A DNA stretch of 64,000 bases from Mobula birostris (taxonomy: Eukaryota), in contig NC_092374.1 of the NCBI RefSeq assembly GCF_030028105.1, forward strand, positions 176,786,057 to 176,850,056, in the 5' to 3' direction. Under the pieces are notes generated by a model that saw only the letters and a list, made by a program, of their open reading frames with translations, was not told the origin of the DNA and did not search any database. Position 1 is the first letter of the stretch; the number at the start of each line of letters is the position of its first letter. Both the position numbers and the translations under genes were made by a program. This document shows positions 37,201-47,192 of this stretch, one piece after another.

Positions 37201-40200
37201 GCTGCCCCAGCACAATTCCCACAGATTTGATGCAAAATAACATATTTCACTGTGTGTTCCACTGCACATGTGACAAATAAAACTGATCATTTAATCTTAA
37301 TCCATTCACTCATTGCAGCTGTTGTGACAAAGGCTAGACCTTATAAGAGACCATCACCTGCTAACTGGGTGTGCAGTGATAAGGACACATTAAACTAAAA
37401 AGATAAGGCTTTGACTTCATGCAAGTCCATCTGTACAGTCATTGGGTTTTGTTAGGTCACTTACCACTGTGCTGTTGGTAAACAATCTCAACATTCCCTC
37501 TGATTATCCCATGAAAACCTGCCACTGTGATTGCTATTGCATCCCAGTGTTCACTCGGGAAAGAGTAAGCCATCCACCATTGTCTGGGAACAGCCCTATG
37601 CAGCGTACTGTCAAAGTACACTATCTGCTGGTCATCCAGCGTTGCCACCATGCTATATTCAGTCAGCTCACTCCTTCTGTGGTTCAACAAGTAGTAAAAT
37701 GCAAGGCTGTGAAAATCTGCAATATAGAAACACAAATTAGTGATGCAAAGTGATGTGAAATTAGTTATGTGTCACTCTGGGTTTTCAGCATCTACAGAAT
37801 ATCTTGTGTTGGTGATGTAAAGACCACAATGCAGAAAGGCATTAATTAATATTAAAACTGATTACAACTTAGGAACATTGGATCCAGGGTATGTCAGGTG
37901 GTTCTTAGGCCGTGTCCACCAATCATGATTCCACTTCTAAATGATCTGCATTAACATACTATACATTTGCCTTTTTGCAATGTCTCCATCTTGAAAAATC
38001 TGTCCATCTTAGTCATTCATGTGTTCATCTATTAAACATTTCTCTGGTTAATGTTTTACGAATTTTACTTTACCCACCACCCTTTCCAAGCCATTAATAC
38101 TCATTTCAATCCCCTCCCCTTCCCAGTTGCATCCATCCATTCATTTACCTCACCAACTCTCTCTTTCCCCAGCTGCTCCTGGTTTCATATGTCCTTCACC
38201 TCCCTCATAATGGTTCCACAATCATCTTCCTGACTTATCAGATCTCAGCACTTCTATCCATTTTTCTTTATAATTATCAACCTCCATGGTCTTTACCTTA
38301 GCCTCACCTCACCTCCCCCTTCCTGGCTTCATCTTTCTTTTCTCTATTGCCTTTCATCCATCATGTAAACAACTCTTGTCTTCTGACTCCATACTCACCC
38401 TCCCCTACGCTGAACCTTCTGCCCATTATCTTTTATCTCCAAACTCGCCCTTTGCCCAATACACCATAATGTCTTGCTTCACTAATCTCTGTATCGATCC
38501 TTCCTCTTCATTTTATGAGTTATCTCCCTCCTTTCATCACCAATTCCTTTCCCATGACAGATGCTTGTCAAACTGCTCAGTTCTTCCAGCAGACAGTTAC
38601 TCCAGATTCTGGTACCTACTGTCTCTTGTGTCTCATCAGAATATTAAGATGATATTTGGATATACAGTACTGTGCAAAAGTCTTCAGAAAATATATATAC
38701 ATATATGGCTAATTGGTTGGCATTTATCTGTCTGGAAGGACAATGGGTGATGATGATCATCATCACAAGCATGTGCGGAAGGTATGGAGATCCTAAGATG
38801 CCCAGTCATTAAGGTCACCCTCTCAGCCTCACCAGCATAGTCCAAAGGAAAGTTTATGAAGCAACACTTAGCTTGCACAGGAGAGTTTGGAGATAATCTA
38901 TCAGAGTTACAGGGAAGTAATCAGTCCTAAGTTGCAGAGGTGAGTAGCAGGGTGACTGTCAGAAGAAATAGAAATGTGAATAGGCATTTAGCGCAGAGCA
39001 TCCCTATGGCCGTTCTTTTCAATAATAAGTAAACCACTTTGGATACTGCTGTGGGGGATGACCTCCCAGGAGAATGCCATGGAGACTGGTTTACTGGCAC
39101 TGAGCATACGTCCATTATGCAGAACTGAAAGAGGGAGAAGAGGGTAGTGGTAATGATAGGGGGTTCAACAGTCAGGGGAACAGACAGGAGATTCCATGGA
39201 GATGAACAGTACACTAAAATGGTATGTTGCCTCCCTGGTGCCAGGATCATGGACATCTTGTGTCATGTCCACAGCATTCTGGAGAGGGAGGGAGAGTAGC
39301 CAGATGTTTTGGTACATATTGGTACCAGTGACAGAGGAAGGAAAAGAAAAGAGGTCCTGAAAATATAATTTAGAGAGCTAGGTAGAAAGTGGATAAACAG
39401 GACCAACAGCATAGTAATTTCTGGATTACAGCTTGTGCCACACACCAGTGAGGGGAGAAACTGGATGATTTGGTAGATTATTGTGTGGCTGAGAAGCTGA
39501 TGCAGAGGGAAGGGCTTCAGGTTCTTGGATCTTTAAGATCTCTTCTGGAGGAGATATGACCTGTTCAGAAGTGAAGGGTTGCACTAGAACCGAAGGAGGA
39601 CTACTATTCTCACCAGCAGGTTTATTAGAGCTGTTGGAGGGGTTTTAAACAAAATTGTTAGGGAGGTGGGAACCAGAGTGAAGGACTCAGGATAGGATAG
39701 ATGGTAAAAAAGCAAAGTTTGCATGCAATCAGTCTGTCAGGAAGGGCAGACAAATGATAAGATGAAATTGCAGCCGGCAGGGAGAGTATCAGTGCATTAG
39801 GGATGTAGAATCGAAAAGCGTAGCAAATACAGAATTCAAAGTGTTATATCTCAATGCACAGAGTATAAGAAAAAAGGTAGATATCTTGTTGCACTATTAC
39901 AGATAGTCAGGTATGATGTTGTGGCCATCACTGACTCGTGGCTAAAGGGTGGTTGCAGTTGGGAGCTGAATCTCAAAGGTTACACATTGTATCAGATGGA
40001 TAGGAAGGTAGGCAGAGGGGGTGGCATGGCTTTGCTAGTAAAGAATGGCATCAAATCAGTGAAAAGCTGTGAAATAGGATCAGAAGATGTTGAATCCTTG
40101 TGGGTTGAGTGAAGAAATTGCAAGGGTAAAAGGACTTGATGGCAGTTCAGTACAGGCCTCCAAACAGTAGCTGAGATGTGGACCACAGATTACAATGGGA

Positions 40201-43200
40201 AAGAGAAAAGGCATATCAAAAGGGCAATGTTATCATAGTCATGGGAAATTTCAGCATGCAAGTCAATTGGGAAATCCAGGCTGGTAATGGATCTCAAGAG
40301 AGTGAGACTGTTGAATATCGATGAGATGGCATTTTAGAGCAGTTCGTCAATGAGCTGAGTAGGATTAGGTATTACGTAATGAACTGGAGGTGATTAGGGA
40401 GATTAAGGTAAAAGAGCCCTGAGGAAGCAATGATCACAATATGATTGAATTCAACTTGATTTGATAGGGAGAAAATAAGGTCTGATGTTGCTGTATGTCA
40501 GTGGATCATACAGTTGTATGAGAGAGAAGTTGGCCAAAGTAATTTGGAAGGAAATGCTGTCAGGGATGACAGCAGGGCAATAATGGCGTGATTTTTTGTG
40601 AAAAATACAAAGGTGCAGGATACATGTATACTAAAACCAAAGAAATAGTTAAATGGTAAAATAAAGCAAAAGATTGGGCATACAACAATTCAAAAAATAG
40701 TGGTAAGACAGATGGTTGGGAAGCTTTTAAAAACCTACAGAGAGCAACGAAAAGAATCATTAGAATGGAAAAGATGAAATATGAAAGCAAGCTCGCAAAC
40801 AGTATCACAGTGGATAGTAAAGATTTTTCGAGTATGTAAGAATAAAAAAAGATGAATGTGGATATAGGACCACTAGAAAATAAGGCCACAAAAATAATAA
40901 TGCGGACAAGGAGATGGCAGAAGATCTAAATGAGTATTTTGCATTAATCTTCACTATGGAAGACACTATTAGTGTGCCAGATGTTGAAGAGTACCAGGGA
41001 AGAGAAGTGAGCAGTTTCTATTACAAGGAAGAAGGTGCTCCAAAAGCTGGAAGACCAAAAGGTACATAATTCACCCAGGCCAGATGAGTTGCACACTAGA
41101 CTTGTGAAAGAGGTAGCAGTACAGATTATGGAGGCATTAGTAATGATCTTTCAAAATTCATTGGAATCCAGCATGGTGCCAGAGGACGGAAAAATTGCAA
41201 ATGTCACTCCACTTCTTAAGAAAGGAGGAAGGAAGCAAAGAGGAAATTATAGACCAGTTAGCCTGACCTCAGTGGTTGGGAAGATATCAGAGTCAATTGT
41301 TAATTATGAGGTTATGGAGTATTTTGTGACACAGGTCAAGATAGGACAAAGTCAGCATAGTTTCCTTAAGGAAAGATTTTGCCTGACAAACCTTTGGAAA
41401 GTTTTTGAGGCAATAGAAAGTAGCATAGATAAAGGGGATGTAGTGGATGTTGTATACTTGGACTTTCAGAAGGCATTTGACAAGGTGCCGCACATGAGGC
41501 TGCTTACCAAGTTAAGTACCCATGGTATTAAAGGTAAATTACTGGTATGGCTGTCTGGTAGGATGCTGTGATTCGGAAGAAAATGATCCTTTTCTGGTTG
41601 ACTGCAAGTGCTTCTTTTTATGCTGTATATCAATGACTTAGATGATGGAACATATGGCTTTGTTGCCAAGACTGCAGATAATACAAAGATTGGTGGAGGG
41701 GCAGGTAGTGTTGAGGAAAGAGATAGGCTGCAGAAGGACTTAGACAGATTAGGAGAATGGGCAAGAAAGTGGAAAATGAAATACAATCTTGGAAAATGCA
41801 TGTTCATGCACTTTAGTAGAAGAAATAAATGTGCAGACTATTTCTAAATGGGAAGAATATCAAAAAATCAGAGATACAAAGGGACTTGGGAGTCCTTGTG
41901 CAGAATATCTTAAAGGTTAACTGACAGGTAGAGTTGGAAGTGAAGAAGGCGAATGTAATTTTAGCATTCATTTTAAAAGGTCAAGAATACAAGAGCAGGG
42001 ATGTGATGCTGAGACTATATAAGGCACCAGCTGAGGCTTTACTTTGACTTTTGTGAACAGTTCTGGACTCCTGATCTAAGAAAATATGTGTTGGCGTTGG
42101 ACAGGGTTCAGAAGTGTTTCACAAGGATGTTTCTGGGAATGAAGAGGTTATTATATGAGAAATGTTTGATAGCTCTGGGTCTGTACACACTGGAATTTAA
42201 AGGGATGAAGGGGGAATCTCATTAAAACCTTTTGAATGTTGAAAGTCCTAGACTGAGAAGATGTGGAAAAGATGTTTCCCATGGTGGGGACTCTAGGACA
42301 AGAGGGCATATCCTCAGAATAGTGGGGCATCCATTTAAAACGGAGACATGGAGAAATTTCTGTAGCCAGAGGATGGTGACTTTGACGAATTTATTTCAAC
42401 AGGCAGTTGTGGAAGTCAGGTCATTGGATGTATTTAAGGCAGAGCTTTCTAGGCTTTTGATTGCACAAGGCATCAAAGGAGAAGGCCAGTAGTGGGGCTG
42501 AGGAGGGAAAATAAAAGGATCAGCCATGATTAAATGGCCAAATGGCCTAATTCTACTCCTATGTCTTACAGTCTTATGGCTTTATTATGGTCAATACGTT
42601 TGACACCAGCTTGGCTGCAGGAGCTGCCAGAAGAATGTTCAATGACGTCCATCCACCTTAAGAGCTCCACTCTGGATTTGTTGTCTGAGTTTACTCCCGT
42701 AGCCTTCGCTGCCCACAAGGCAGTGGGGCTCTTTACCCTTAGCTGGAGATGTGTTTCACGAGCACCAAGGTGTGTCCAGACACCACTGGGCCTGCGTGCA
42801 ACGTGTACAGGGGCTGGACCTGCTCTCCGTCCTCTGTGGTTCAGCCTGAGTCTGAACGAAGTTCATTTCCCGTGTGTCGCCAGTGAGGAGGCACAACATG
42901 AGGCTATGTACAGGCAGGGAGTGACTTACACATTCCACTCTCTTTTTCGCAAGACTGCTAACCAGTGGTGGAAACTGAAAGTGAGAGTGACAAAGAATAC
43001 CCACAACACTACCACACTAGATGCATCACAACAACCATAGATAGATAGCTAGGATGCTTAAGATTTATGTACAGTATTTGTCAACGTGGAGCAGAAAACG
43101 GGTTTGTAAATATGGTGGGAAGAAAAGGTGTTGGGAATGGCAAGGGTGGAGCACTATGGAATGCGTGTGACAGCGGGCACAGAAGGAATGCCGGAGGTTG

Positions 43201-46200
43201 TGGTGGGGGTGGTGCAGGTGCAGACTCACCCAGCTTTGAGACACCAGGCAAGTATATTGTATTCCAAACATCTGGTATATTGATCACTACAGAATGTCTC
43301 TCTGGTGCTTCCTGCTCCCGCTCCTCTCCCTTCACATTTACCCAGCCATGAATCTCCTCTCCCTGCTCCCTTCCCACTCGCAGTCCACAATAGAGACCCA
43401 TATCAGAATCAGGTTTATCATCACTCACATAAGTCATGAATTTTTTTGTGCAGCCACAGTAGACTACAATACATAAAATTACTACACTACTGTGCAAAAG
43501 TCTTAGGCACCCTAGCTATATATAAGTGCATAAGACATTTTCACAGTACTGTGATATTTAGGAGGCATTATAGAATCAAAGAGAGATATAACATGCATAC
43601 AGGCTATTCAGTCCAGCAAATCTCTGCCAACCATCAAGCACCTACTTAGATTGATCTTTCTCTAAATTATTTCAGTCTCTCCATTCTGCCATTAACTCCC
43701 ACTGGGGCAAAATCACAGCAGTCAATTCACATCGTAATCTCACACCTGTTGGCTGTGGGACGGGACAAGAACATTCAAAGGAAACCCATGTGATCACAAA
43801 GATAACACAGAAACTGCAAAGAGAGAGCCCTGGAATTTAGGATTGAAGCTGGAACATTTGAGCCATGAGGCACCATTTTTACGGACTGTACCACTGGGCA
43901 ATTTATGCTACGGAAGAGGTGTCCTTAGGATTTCCACAGCTGGGTAAAGTCTAATGTTGGGATCCTTGACATTTTACCAATGATAAAGGGTTTTGGAAGC
44001 CAAAGAAAATCAACACCTCCCCCCATGATCAGGTTAGTTAGTAATTGCAGAGTGTAAACTTTGCAGTTATACTGGCTGAAAGAGAATTGGAAATCAGGAA
44101 CATTTATTTCAATGGAAGGATGTCTGCATACAAGGCCAGGATATCTTCTCTACTCCAGCAATCCACGTTGAAAATTCTCAACTGTAATTCTCCAGACAAG
44201 GCTCAGAGTGGGAGACAGCAACTTTCTAAGTGATTTTCTGAAGCAATCCCCAGCTAAGGAAATGTTCTTTTTTCCATAGGGAATTATTACTTCAACATTA
44301 GAAACATCATTATATGTAATTTTATTCCACAAAAGTTTGAGAACTAACTTCTAATTACAGATTAATAATCACCAAACAATAAGACCAAAAGTTCGTATGA
44401 CATAGGAGGAAAATTAGGCCATCCAGCCTATTGAGTTTGCTTCGCCATTCCATCATGGCTGCTCTCAGATCCCACTCAACCCCATACACCTGCCTTCTTG
44501 CCATATCCTTTGATGCCCTGACCGATCAGGAAATAATCAACTTCTGCCTTAAATACACCATGGAATTGGCCTCCACCGCAGCTTGTGGCAGAGCATTCCA
44601 CCGATTCCCTACCGTCTGGCTAAAAAAATATCCTCCTTGCCTCTGTTCTGAAAGATCACCACTCAGTTTTGAGGCTGTGCCCTCTAGTTCAGGATATCCC
44701 TATCACAGGGAATGTGCTCTCCACATCCATCCTATCTAGACCTTTCAATTTTCGGTAGGTTCCAAAGAGATCCCCCCCACATACTTTTAAATTCCAGTGA
44801 GTACAGGGACAAAGCTGGCAAACACTCTTCATATGTTAATCCTTTCATTCCAGGAATCATCCTTATTAATCTCTTCTGGACTCTCACCAATGACAAGATA
44901 TCCTTTTTGAGACATGGTGTCAAAAACTGTTGACAAAGATGTTTGAAAGAAGGAGAACTTAGGGGAAGTTCTAAATTAGAGAAAACCAGTTATAAATTAG
45001 AAACAACATGAAAGGGCAATGGTCAGAAGCACTTAGTCGCACAAGCAGCTAATGGAAATCTGTAAGTTTCTCAACAGGAAAATACCTGTAAAAGCTGGGC
45101 ACCGATTGAAAATTTTAAGATTGAAATCGATAGCTTTCTCCTATTTAAGTATGTAATGGTCTAGGGCCAAAATGGTAGATAGAGCTGATCAGTTTAATGG
45201 TAGAATAGACTCAAAGGGTTTAATTGTGTGTTGCTTGTACCTTGGAGGTAACTGTAATCCACAGCATTTGACATGACACACTCTCAGTTTACTCTACAGG
45301 AGGAGCACTCAGTTCCCCATTAACAGCGGAAGCCTGAAGGAAATGTTTAAGATGTAAGAAAATCAGAGAAATGGAGTTTTGTTGATGTATTGCACAGAGA
45401 GAAAGAATGCAATGGTCATGCTGCAACAGAGAGCAGATTGGGGTAGAAAAATAGCATTCTTAATCCAGGCATGTGTGAGGAGACAAACATTGGGAGAGCA
45501 AATTCAAGTGGAAAACATACAGTAAATGAGAGAGATGTTCTGGTGCACATCGCTAGCTCTCCAAAAGAGGCAATACACGTAGACAGAATGAAGGTTTAAG
45601 ACTAAAGACTGCAACAGATAGTATCCAGCTGGTGTACTGAGAATGATGAAATATATTTTTGTTCTCTGGCGATCAACGGTAGTGCAATAGAGAGGAAGAG
45701 TATAATCAACTAGAATAAGATGTCAACATTTTTAACAACTGCGCATATTGATCAGTTAATACAGGCTGATTCTCATCATTGTTCCGTTGTTAAATATCAG
45801 CCAATGAGAACCCTGTGAAGTGGAATATATATTAATGAAGAAATTGCTTCATTATGGAAAGTACCCATTCCACTCTTAAGATTCAAGGTACATTTATTAT
45901 TAAAGAATGTATAAATTATACTGCCTTGAGATTTGTTTGCTTACGTGGAACCTCAAAGCAGGAAATCTGCAAGAACTCAAATGAAAAAAAAAGACCAATC
46001 CTATTGCAAAAGAGAAAGGAAATCAGAACACAAATCATGCAAACAATTTAACCAAACGACAATATTCTGAACCAATTGAGTCCTTAAATCTGAACCCCGG
46101 GGTATCCCGGAGTAGGCTCAAAGCCTCGCTTATCAGTTTATCATATTAGTGGGCATGGAGCACAGCAGCCGGGGCATTCTTTGTAGCCGCAGCACCATGA

Positions 46201-46992
46201 AGAAAGGAGTGACCATAGCGATGAGCGGGTGAAATAGGCTATTGCCTCAGATCCTGACACCCTGTCTTTTCAGTTTTTCTGAGCCGACATTTAAATTGAC
46301 CCAATAATGGAAGAGCAAAAGGCTCCAACGTAGAGCGGAGTGGAGAATAGAGTGAACATTGCAAGAATGAATGAAATTGGCTCTCGCTCCACTCAGCACC
46401 CAGAACAATCCAAAATGGCACCTGGGCCGCTGTACGAGCATCAGAATTCCACTGTCCCAGCGTCTCCTGTCCAAATGGCTGGCTCACTGCATCTACATTG
46501 ATTCTGCAACGTACTTTCTCAGCTCATCCCCAGATCTTGCCTTGTCATCACCTGCCTGCTGACTGTTTGCAGCAATAATTTAACACTATTTACCTCAGAA
46601 ACGACGTTCTTAGATGTTTTTAGTCAAATTTATTGCCTTTTCAACTACCAGTGAGCTGTCACACATGTTCGATAGAGCCACCTTAACTGGAAATGGTATT
46701 CTGTTGTACTTGTGTTGCAACTTACATTGTATTCTTTTCTGTTCCTCAGCGTAATACAAAAATATCTGTAATACAACTTCTCACAAGGTCTTTACAGCAG
46801 CACAGGGATCGCTGTTTCTCTCAATCATTCATACACTTAAGACAGTGACCCAGTAAAAACTAAGGGACTGCTCAACAATATATTAAATTTGCAACTGCAA
46901 TAAATCTTTGTGGTTCCTTTAAAGAAGTTAAGTTACTTACCGGAAGAGACTGTGGCTACACAGTAAATGTTCAGTAAAGTAAAAAGCAGCAT
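19019..46992 (-). CDS. Nonclassical MHC class I heavy-chain-like gene, 5 coding exons, 1071 nt CDS, 356 aa. Domains: leader [17 protein letters not shown]; alpha1 DFHSLAFYY...VYQQHS; alpha2 [11 protein letters not shown]...EALRQR; alpha3 AIPEV...NIPQ; CP/TM/CYT ERTTKK...LSADN
   Basis: Exon lengths 52+252+276+273+218=1071 nt join in one open frame through four phase-1 GT-AG introns. Class I motifs are present: HSL.F, LDD.Q..YFDS, PRQ.W, E.W, Q...GC, GYDG.D, W133, RW, DC..WL..YL, C1-set [25 protein letters not shown] and YSC.IEH. I cannot assign a lineage (UBA/UCA/UDA/UEA or other) without a tree, so no symbol is given. Confidence 0.93.
20188..24097 (-). mobile_element. Near-full-length CR1 LINE in MHC intron 4, same strand as the gene; ORF1 SGNH/GDSL-esterase-like and ORF2 EN-RT; frameshifted
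   Basis: ORF1 23190..23729 ([18 protein letters not shown]); EN 22690..23088 and 21845..22648; RT 21016..21621 ([25 protein letters not shown]); C-terminus 20287..20769; (catagaaa)n tail. Confidence 0.95.
26670..27030 (+). mobile_element. CR1 LINE 3' end
   Basis: gaaaggtcttgatagagtgg...ggaatttctttagcccaagggtgtgaatc...atgggccaaatggactaactctg. Confidence 0.78.
28060..29420 (+). mobile_element. Rex1/Babar-like LINE, RT plus 3' end, disrupted
   Basis: MKWFERQVM...LDPLQF; [13 protein letters not shown]; KFADDT; [19 protein letters not shown]; tail ending (tctgat)n. Confidence 0.78.
30074..30346 (-). CDS. MHC-I-like exon 4, alpha3 Ig C1-set domain (91 codons)
   Basis: Acceptor ctctttacatttgtag; donor G|GTAAGT; C1-set motifs [22 protein letters not shown] and YSCYIEH; lies inside ORF 29997..30371. 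Confidence 0.96.
31830..32440 (+). mobile_element. Rex1/Babar-like LINE 3' end in MHC intron 3
   Basis: ORF 31849..32223 [21 protein letters not shown]; same tail as the 28060-29420 copy. Confidence 0.72.
33372..33647 (-). CDS. MHC-I-like exon 3, alpha2 domain (92 codons; alternative in-frame acceptor at 33653)
   Basis: 276 nt, the typical alpha2 exon size; C101-C164 equivalent pair; acceptor cccag after a long pyrimidine tract; donor AG|GTATAA; lies inside ORF 33319..33816. Confidence 0.94.
33740..34810 (+). mobile_element. Penelope-like element 3' part (RT thumb/linker, GIY-YIG C-terminus, pLTR), ~90 bp from the alpha2 acceptor
   Basis: TYHPT...[13 protein letters not shown]; PPGTYP...KCYTC; [21 protein letters not shown]...[23 protein letters not shown]; then a pyrimidine-rich pLTR. 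Confidence 0.82.
36491..36654. repeat. Penelope-pLTR-derived hairpin (55-bp arms, 51/55 complementary, 54-nt spacer)
   Basis: 36491-36545 agcaacacacacaagatgctggaggaactcagc...ctatggaa is the reverse complement of 36600-36654, with 4 mismatches. Confidence 0.9.
37465..37716 (-). CDS. MHC-I-like exon 2, alpha1 domain (84 codons)
   Basis: Acceptor ctaatttgtgtttctatattgcag with a CTAAT branch-point-like motif; donor G|GTAAGT; lies inside ORF 37457..37735. Confidence 0.95.
38930..42580 (+). mobile_element. Degenerate near-full-length CR1 LINE (second subfamily) in MHC intron 1, antisense to the gene
   Basis: Esterase-like ORF1 remnants at ~39130-39620; EN 39921..40112; RT 41035..41571 ([24 protein letters not shown]); 41608..41847; 3' end ~42560. 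Confidence 0.88.
42590..42960 (-). mobile_element. Interspersed repeat resembling an RTE-clade 5' region; related copy at ~32700-32940 (+)
   Basis: Shared core aaggc(t)(t/a)(c/t)gggagtaa...aaatccagag...ctggca(g/a)ctcctgca. Clade assignment is tentative. Confidence 0.4.
43483..43553. mobile_element. Tiny Tc1/mariner-like MITE (28-bp TIRs, 23/28 match, 15-bp core); a solo TIR of the same family at ~38663-38685
   Basis: tacactactgtgcaaaagtcttaggcac ... gtgcataagacattttcacagtactgtg. Confidence 0.7.
44385..44930 (-). mobile_element. CR1 LINE 3' end
   Basis: ORF 44732..44923 [29 protein letters not shown]; CR1 3' UTR. Confidence 0.8.
46941..46992 (-). CDS. MHC-I-like exon 1, signal peptide [17 protein letters not shown]
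   Basis: ATG at 46992-46990; 17 hydrophobic codons plus one G, then the consensus donor GTAAGT (46940-46935). Phase 1 matches exon 2 (G+AT = Asp). Confidence 0.88.
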
Positions 46993-47064
46993 GCCTTAAA
47001 TGAGGTCAGGGCATTTATTAACCAGGTGACTAACAGCAGTAACAGTAACTTGATCTCTTGTGCA

Positions 47065-47192
47065 TTTTAACAGAACTCTGGCGTGGAGCTACTTATTGGT
47101 CCGGGTGTATAGCAAACCTGATAACCGCATCCAATGGGAATGAAAGGGATGGTTCTGGTCACTAATTACCAGTCAATGGAGTCTGAGGATCC
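47065..47192 (-). promoter_or_regulatory. Putative class I core promoter with an SXY-like module
   Basis: On the minus strand: GGATCCT (47192-47186, S-like, weak), CTGGTAAT (47172-47165, X1-like), TGACC (47161-47157, X2-like), a 21 nt spacer, ATTGG (47135-47131, Y box), CCAAT (47099-47095) and TTAAAA (47070-47065, TATA-like). The TATA-like element ends ~70 nt upstream of the ATG. Confidence 0.65.

Noticed and set aside
42534-43040. 168-aa ORF as a nested gene
   Set aside because: It overlaps a CR1 tail and an interspersed repeat also present at ~32700-32940; no recognisable domain.
19019-46992. Assignment as classical UAA, CD1, MR1, class II or W-category
   Set aside because: Anchor residues are lost (not classical), the alpha1 strand motifs are class I-type rather than CD1-type, and the three-domain single chain excludes class II and W-category. 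The exact lineage needs a phylogeny.
47013-47021. TTAATAAAT as the TATA box
   Set aside because: It is only ~21 nt from the ATG, so the TSS would fall at the start codon; TTAAAA at 47070-47065 fits better.
47136-47146. ISRE or Ets-IRF element (GGAATGAAA)
   Set aside because: The spacing does not match GAAANNGAAA or GGAANNGAAA; it lies in the X2-Y spacer.
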